The position numbers were made by a program, and so were the translations under genes. Shown here piece after piece: positions 45,278-47,454 of a stretch of 47,454 nt of DNA. This DNA is from a virus (taxonomy: Duplodnaviria > Heunggongvirae > Uroviricota > Caudoviricetes). Location of the stretch: IMG/VR virus record IMGVR_UViG_3300033121_000823, positions 83,348 through 130,801 of that record. One strand, 5' to 3'. The notes under the pieces were generated by a model. The model had not been told where the DNA came from. It searched no databases and saw only the letters and a list, made by a program, of their open reading frames with translations. How positions within the stretch are numbered: position 1 is the stretch's first letter; each line of letters starts with the position of its first letter.

Positions 45278-46738
45278 ATGGGTAAAGTAATATACGATGG
45301 AAAAAGACTAATTCCGGCCCCTTTCCTGTCTATTCAAAAGAATGGCGAAAGAAAGGGGGATGGAGAGTTAATAGGGAAAAAATACAGTATATCGCTACGC
45401 GGAACCTTAGTTGCGTTTAAGGGGTCACCAACTAGTAGCGGTACATGGTATGACCAGTCTGGGTATCCAGCCGATGAAACGATTGGTAGTGATTCTCGTT
45501 TAGGAGCTTTGCTAAGAAAGCAAGAAGCGCTCCGCGAATTATTTAGCGTGGATGGTCGTACATTAGAAGTCCAAAGTATGGACGGAACCCAACCATTTAA
45601 GTGTAATCCACGAATTCTATCAATCGACGTAAATGAAGGTATTTGGTATGATAGAGTAGAATACACTATAAATATGGAGGCAGATAAGGTATATCCAGAG
45701 GATGATTCAACAGACGGCCTACCATATATTTCGGATTTCTCCGAGTCATGGAATATAGATACGAATGAGAATCAACTTGAAAATTATGATGGCACTCAAA
45801 CATATACGTTAAGACATTCTATTTCGGCGCGAGGTAAGCGATTTTATGATGAGACGGGGACACTAAGTAAGCCTGCTTGGGAACAGGCTAAGGACTATGT
45901 AGTTACGCGACTTGGATTCGATAGCCAAATTCTATTATCTAGCGGCGTAATAAATCTTCCATCCTATTATCGCGGCTATAATTTAGTGCGTTCCGAGGAT
46001 ATTGATGAGGCGGGCGGAGGATACTCTGTATCGGAAAGTTGGGTAATTTCGAGCGGAAACGCCGTAGAAACTTTTAACATTAAGAAGGAGATACAACTTG
46101 AATCTCCATATACAACTGTAACAATAGATGGTGAAGTAATTGGTTTTGAAGATAGGGATGATGATATGTCTATTACATCTTCAAAGTGGACTAATGCTCA
46201 AGCAAAATATGCAAGTATTAGTGGATTAGCACATGCGAGAGCACAGAATTTTACTGGTCTACAGTTAAATATTAATCCTTTAACTTTTAGCCAAGGACTA
46301 AATCCTTATAATGGAACTATTAGTTATGGAGTAACATATAATAATCGCCCAATGAACTTAATTGAAGGCGCAAAAACTGAAGTCATAAGTATTAATGATA
46401 GTAGACGCGGTGATGTATTTGCTTCAGTATTTTGTATTGGAAGGGATGAAGGGCCTATATTACAATATATGGGAGCTTCAACAGAGGCTACGCGTTCACT
46501 AAACATAGAGTGTATTGTTCCAGTCGAAAACTTTACAGATAGGTCAGTATCTACGATACAATCTTTAGTGAGAAATCCGCGCGAAAATCCAGCTTACTCA
46601 AGCACAATAGAAAACTTAATTTACGCCGTGAATCCTAAGAATAATGGCTTCACATTATCATATAAAAGTTCGCCACAGGAAAGTTGGAACTTTTTAACAG
46701 GACAATATTCATATAATATAACATGGACTTACGAATAA
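45278..46738 (+). CDS. Tail tip/baseplate-type structural protein
   Basis: Position; repeated beta modules ending Y.I..(E/T)Y; no exact family recognised. Confidence 0.6.
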   Translation: MGKVIYDGKRLIPAPFLSIQKNGERKGDGELIGKKYSISLRGTLVAFKGSPTSSGTWYDQSGYPADETIGSDSRLGALLRKQEALRELFSVDGRTLEVQSMDGTQPFKCNPRILSIDVNEGIWYDRVEYTINMEADKVYPEDDSTDGLPYISDFSESWNIDTNENQLENYDGTQTYTLRHSISARGKRFYDETGTLSKPAWEQAKDYVVTRLGFDSQILLSSGVINLPSYYRGYNLVRSEDIDEAGGGYSVSESWVISSGNAVETFNIKKEIQLESPYTTVTIDGEVIGFEDRDDDMSITSSKWTNAQAKYASISGLAHARAQNFTGLQLNINPLTFSQGLNPYNGTISYGVTYNNRPMNLIEGAKTEVISINDSRRGDVFASVFCIGRDEGPILQYMGASTEATRSLNIECIVPVENFTDRSVSTIQSLVRNPRENPAYSSTIENLIYAVNPKNNGFTLSYKSSPQESWNFLTGQYSYNITWTYE

Positions 46739-46797
46739 CGGAGGTTTTAACTGCTTATGAAAATCCAACAAAATCAAAAGAAATCGGTTAAAATCGC

Positions 46798-46826
46798 TTG
46801 CTTTTTAACCCAAAATGTAGTATATT
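46798..46826 (+). promoter_or_regulatory. sigma70-type promoter of inserted cassette
   Basis: TTGCTT-17-TATATT followed by AAGGAG SD. Confidence 0.7.
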
Positions 46827-46839
46827 TAAGGAGTGAAAC

Positions 46840-46998
46840 ATGAAAGTCACAAAGGTAACGAAAGAGTATTTCGAGATAGAGGACGAGAAGGTTTATTTCT
46901 TTGAGCCGTTGGAAAAAGAAATATCCGTTGAGGATATGCAGAAGATTGTGGACGCAAACGAGAAATTAGTTAAGGAGTTGAAAGATGGGAAATTTTGA
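46840..46998 (+). CDS. 52-aa acidic ORF MKVTKVTKEYFEIEDEKVYFFEPLEKEISVEDMQKIVDANEKLVKELKDGKF
   Basis: AAGGAG SD; stop overlaps the MTase start region; below track cut-off. Confidence 0.7.
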   Translation: MKVTKVTKEYFEIEDEKVYFFEPLEKEISVEDMQKIVDANEKLVKELKDGKF

Positions 46999-47431
46999 TA
47001 GCAACCGATTTAAGAGCACGAATCAAAGTTGGGAAACACCAGACGATTTATTTGCAAAAATAAACAGTGAATTTAATTTCACAAGAGATGTCTGTGCATC
47101 TTCAGTTAATGCAAAATGTCAGAATTATTGGAGTGAAGAAGATTCTTGTTTAGATAAGGTTTGGGATGGGGTGAACTGGATGAACCCGCCATATAAAAAC
47201 ATGAAACAGTTTATCAAGAAAGCGTTTGACCAACGAAATAATGCCGTAACTGTTTGCTTAATACCAGCAAGAACCAATACTAAGTGGTGGCATGATTGGT
47301 GTATGAGGGGAGAAGTTTTATTTATTTGTGGACGACCCAAATTTAAGGGTTGTGTTCATGGACTTCCTCAACCCCTTGCTCTTGTAATCTTTGGAAGAAA
47401 ATCTCGTGTTATGGGGTCTTTCTTTCTATGA
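46985..47431 (+). CDS. Phage-type DNA N6-adenine methyltransferase
   Basis: WETPDDLF, DVCAS, WMNPPY, CLIPARTNT.WWH. Confidence 0.9.
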   Translation: MGNFDSNRFKSTNQSWETPDDLFAKINSEFNFTRDVCASSVNAKCQNYWSEEDSCLDKVWDGVNWMNPPYKNMKQFIKKAFDQRNNAVTVCLIPARTNTKWWHDWCMRGEVLFICGRPKFKGCVHGLPQPLALVIFGRKSRVMGSFFL

Positions 47432-47454
47432 AAATCTATAAAATCACCGAAGCC
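47428..47454 (+). CDS. Partial ORF start MKIYKITEA; possibly an IS607-family serine recombinase (TnpA)
   Basis: ATGA overlap with MTase stop; only 9 codons visible; resemblance to MerR-HTH N-termini of IS607 TnpA is from recall. Confidence 0.4.

Noticed and set aside
46733-46805. Integron attC site
   Set aside because: Has a TAAC start and inner inverted repeat but lacks the closing GTTRRRY core.
1-47454. Stop-codon reassignment, tRNA/tmRNA genes, DGR or retron
   Set aside because: Long genes read through cleanly in the standard code; no T-loop/CCA signatures, reverse transcriptase or adenine-variable repeat pair was noticed.

Overview
This is a fragment of a large tailed dsDNA phage genome with two divergent halves. 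(1) 1-11066 (minus strand) is a dense block of small, mostly unknown ORFs, including a metallophosphoesterase, a minimal kinase-like protein and an expanded paralog family. It is driven by many sigma70-type promoters. Between about 6950 and 9365 these sit in four repeated terminator/operator/promoter cassettes built from a 38-bp unit. One cassette drives a ~385-nt ORF-less, densely base-paired RNA with a 7-bp kissing loop (8097-8481), the best candidate for something undescribed. (2) 11593-46738 (plus strand) is the morphogenesis region: sigma factor, putative small terminase, GDP-mannose 4,6-dehydratase, ERCC4 nuclease, intein-containing large terminase, portal, protease/scaffold, capsid proteins, a Hef-like homing endonuclease, fibre/neck/tail genes, and a 2657-aa tape measure with two zincin motifs. 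A shared GGYGTATA-N6-TG(G/T)A motif precedes four late genes. The window ends in an apparent inserted cassette: promoter, 52-aa ORF, adenine methyltransferase, and the first 9 codons of a possible IS607-type recombinase. All calls come from reading by eye; no database search or folding program was run.
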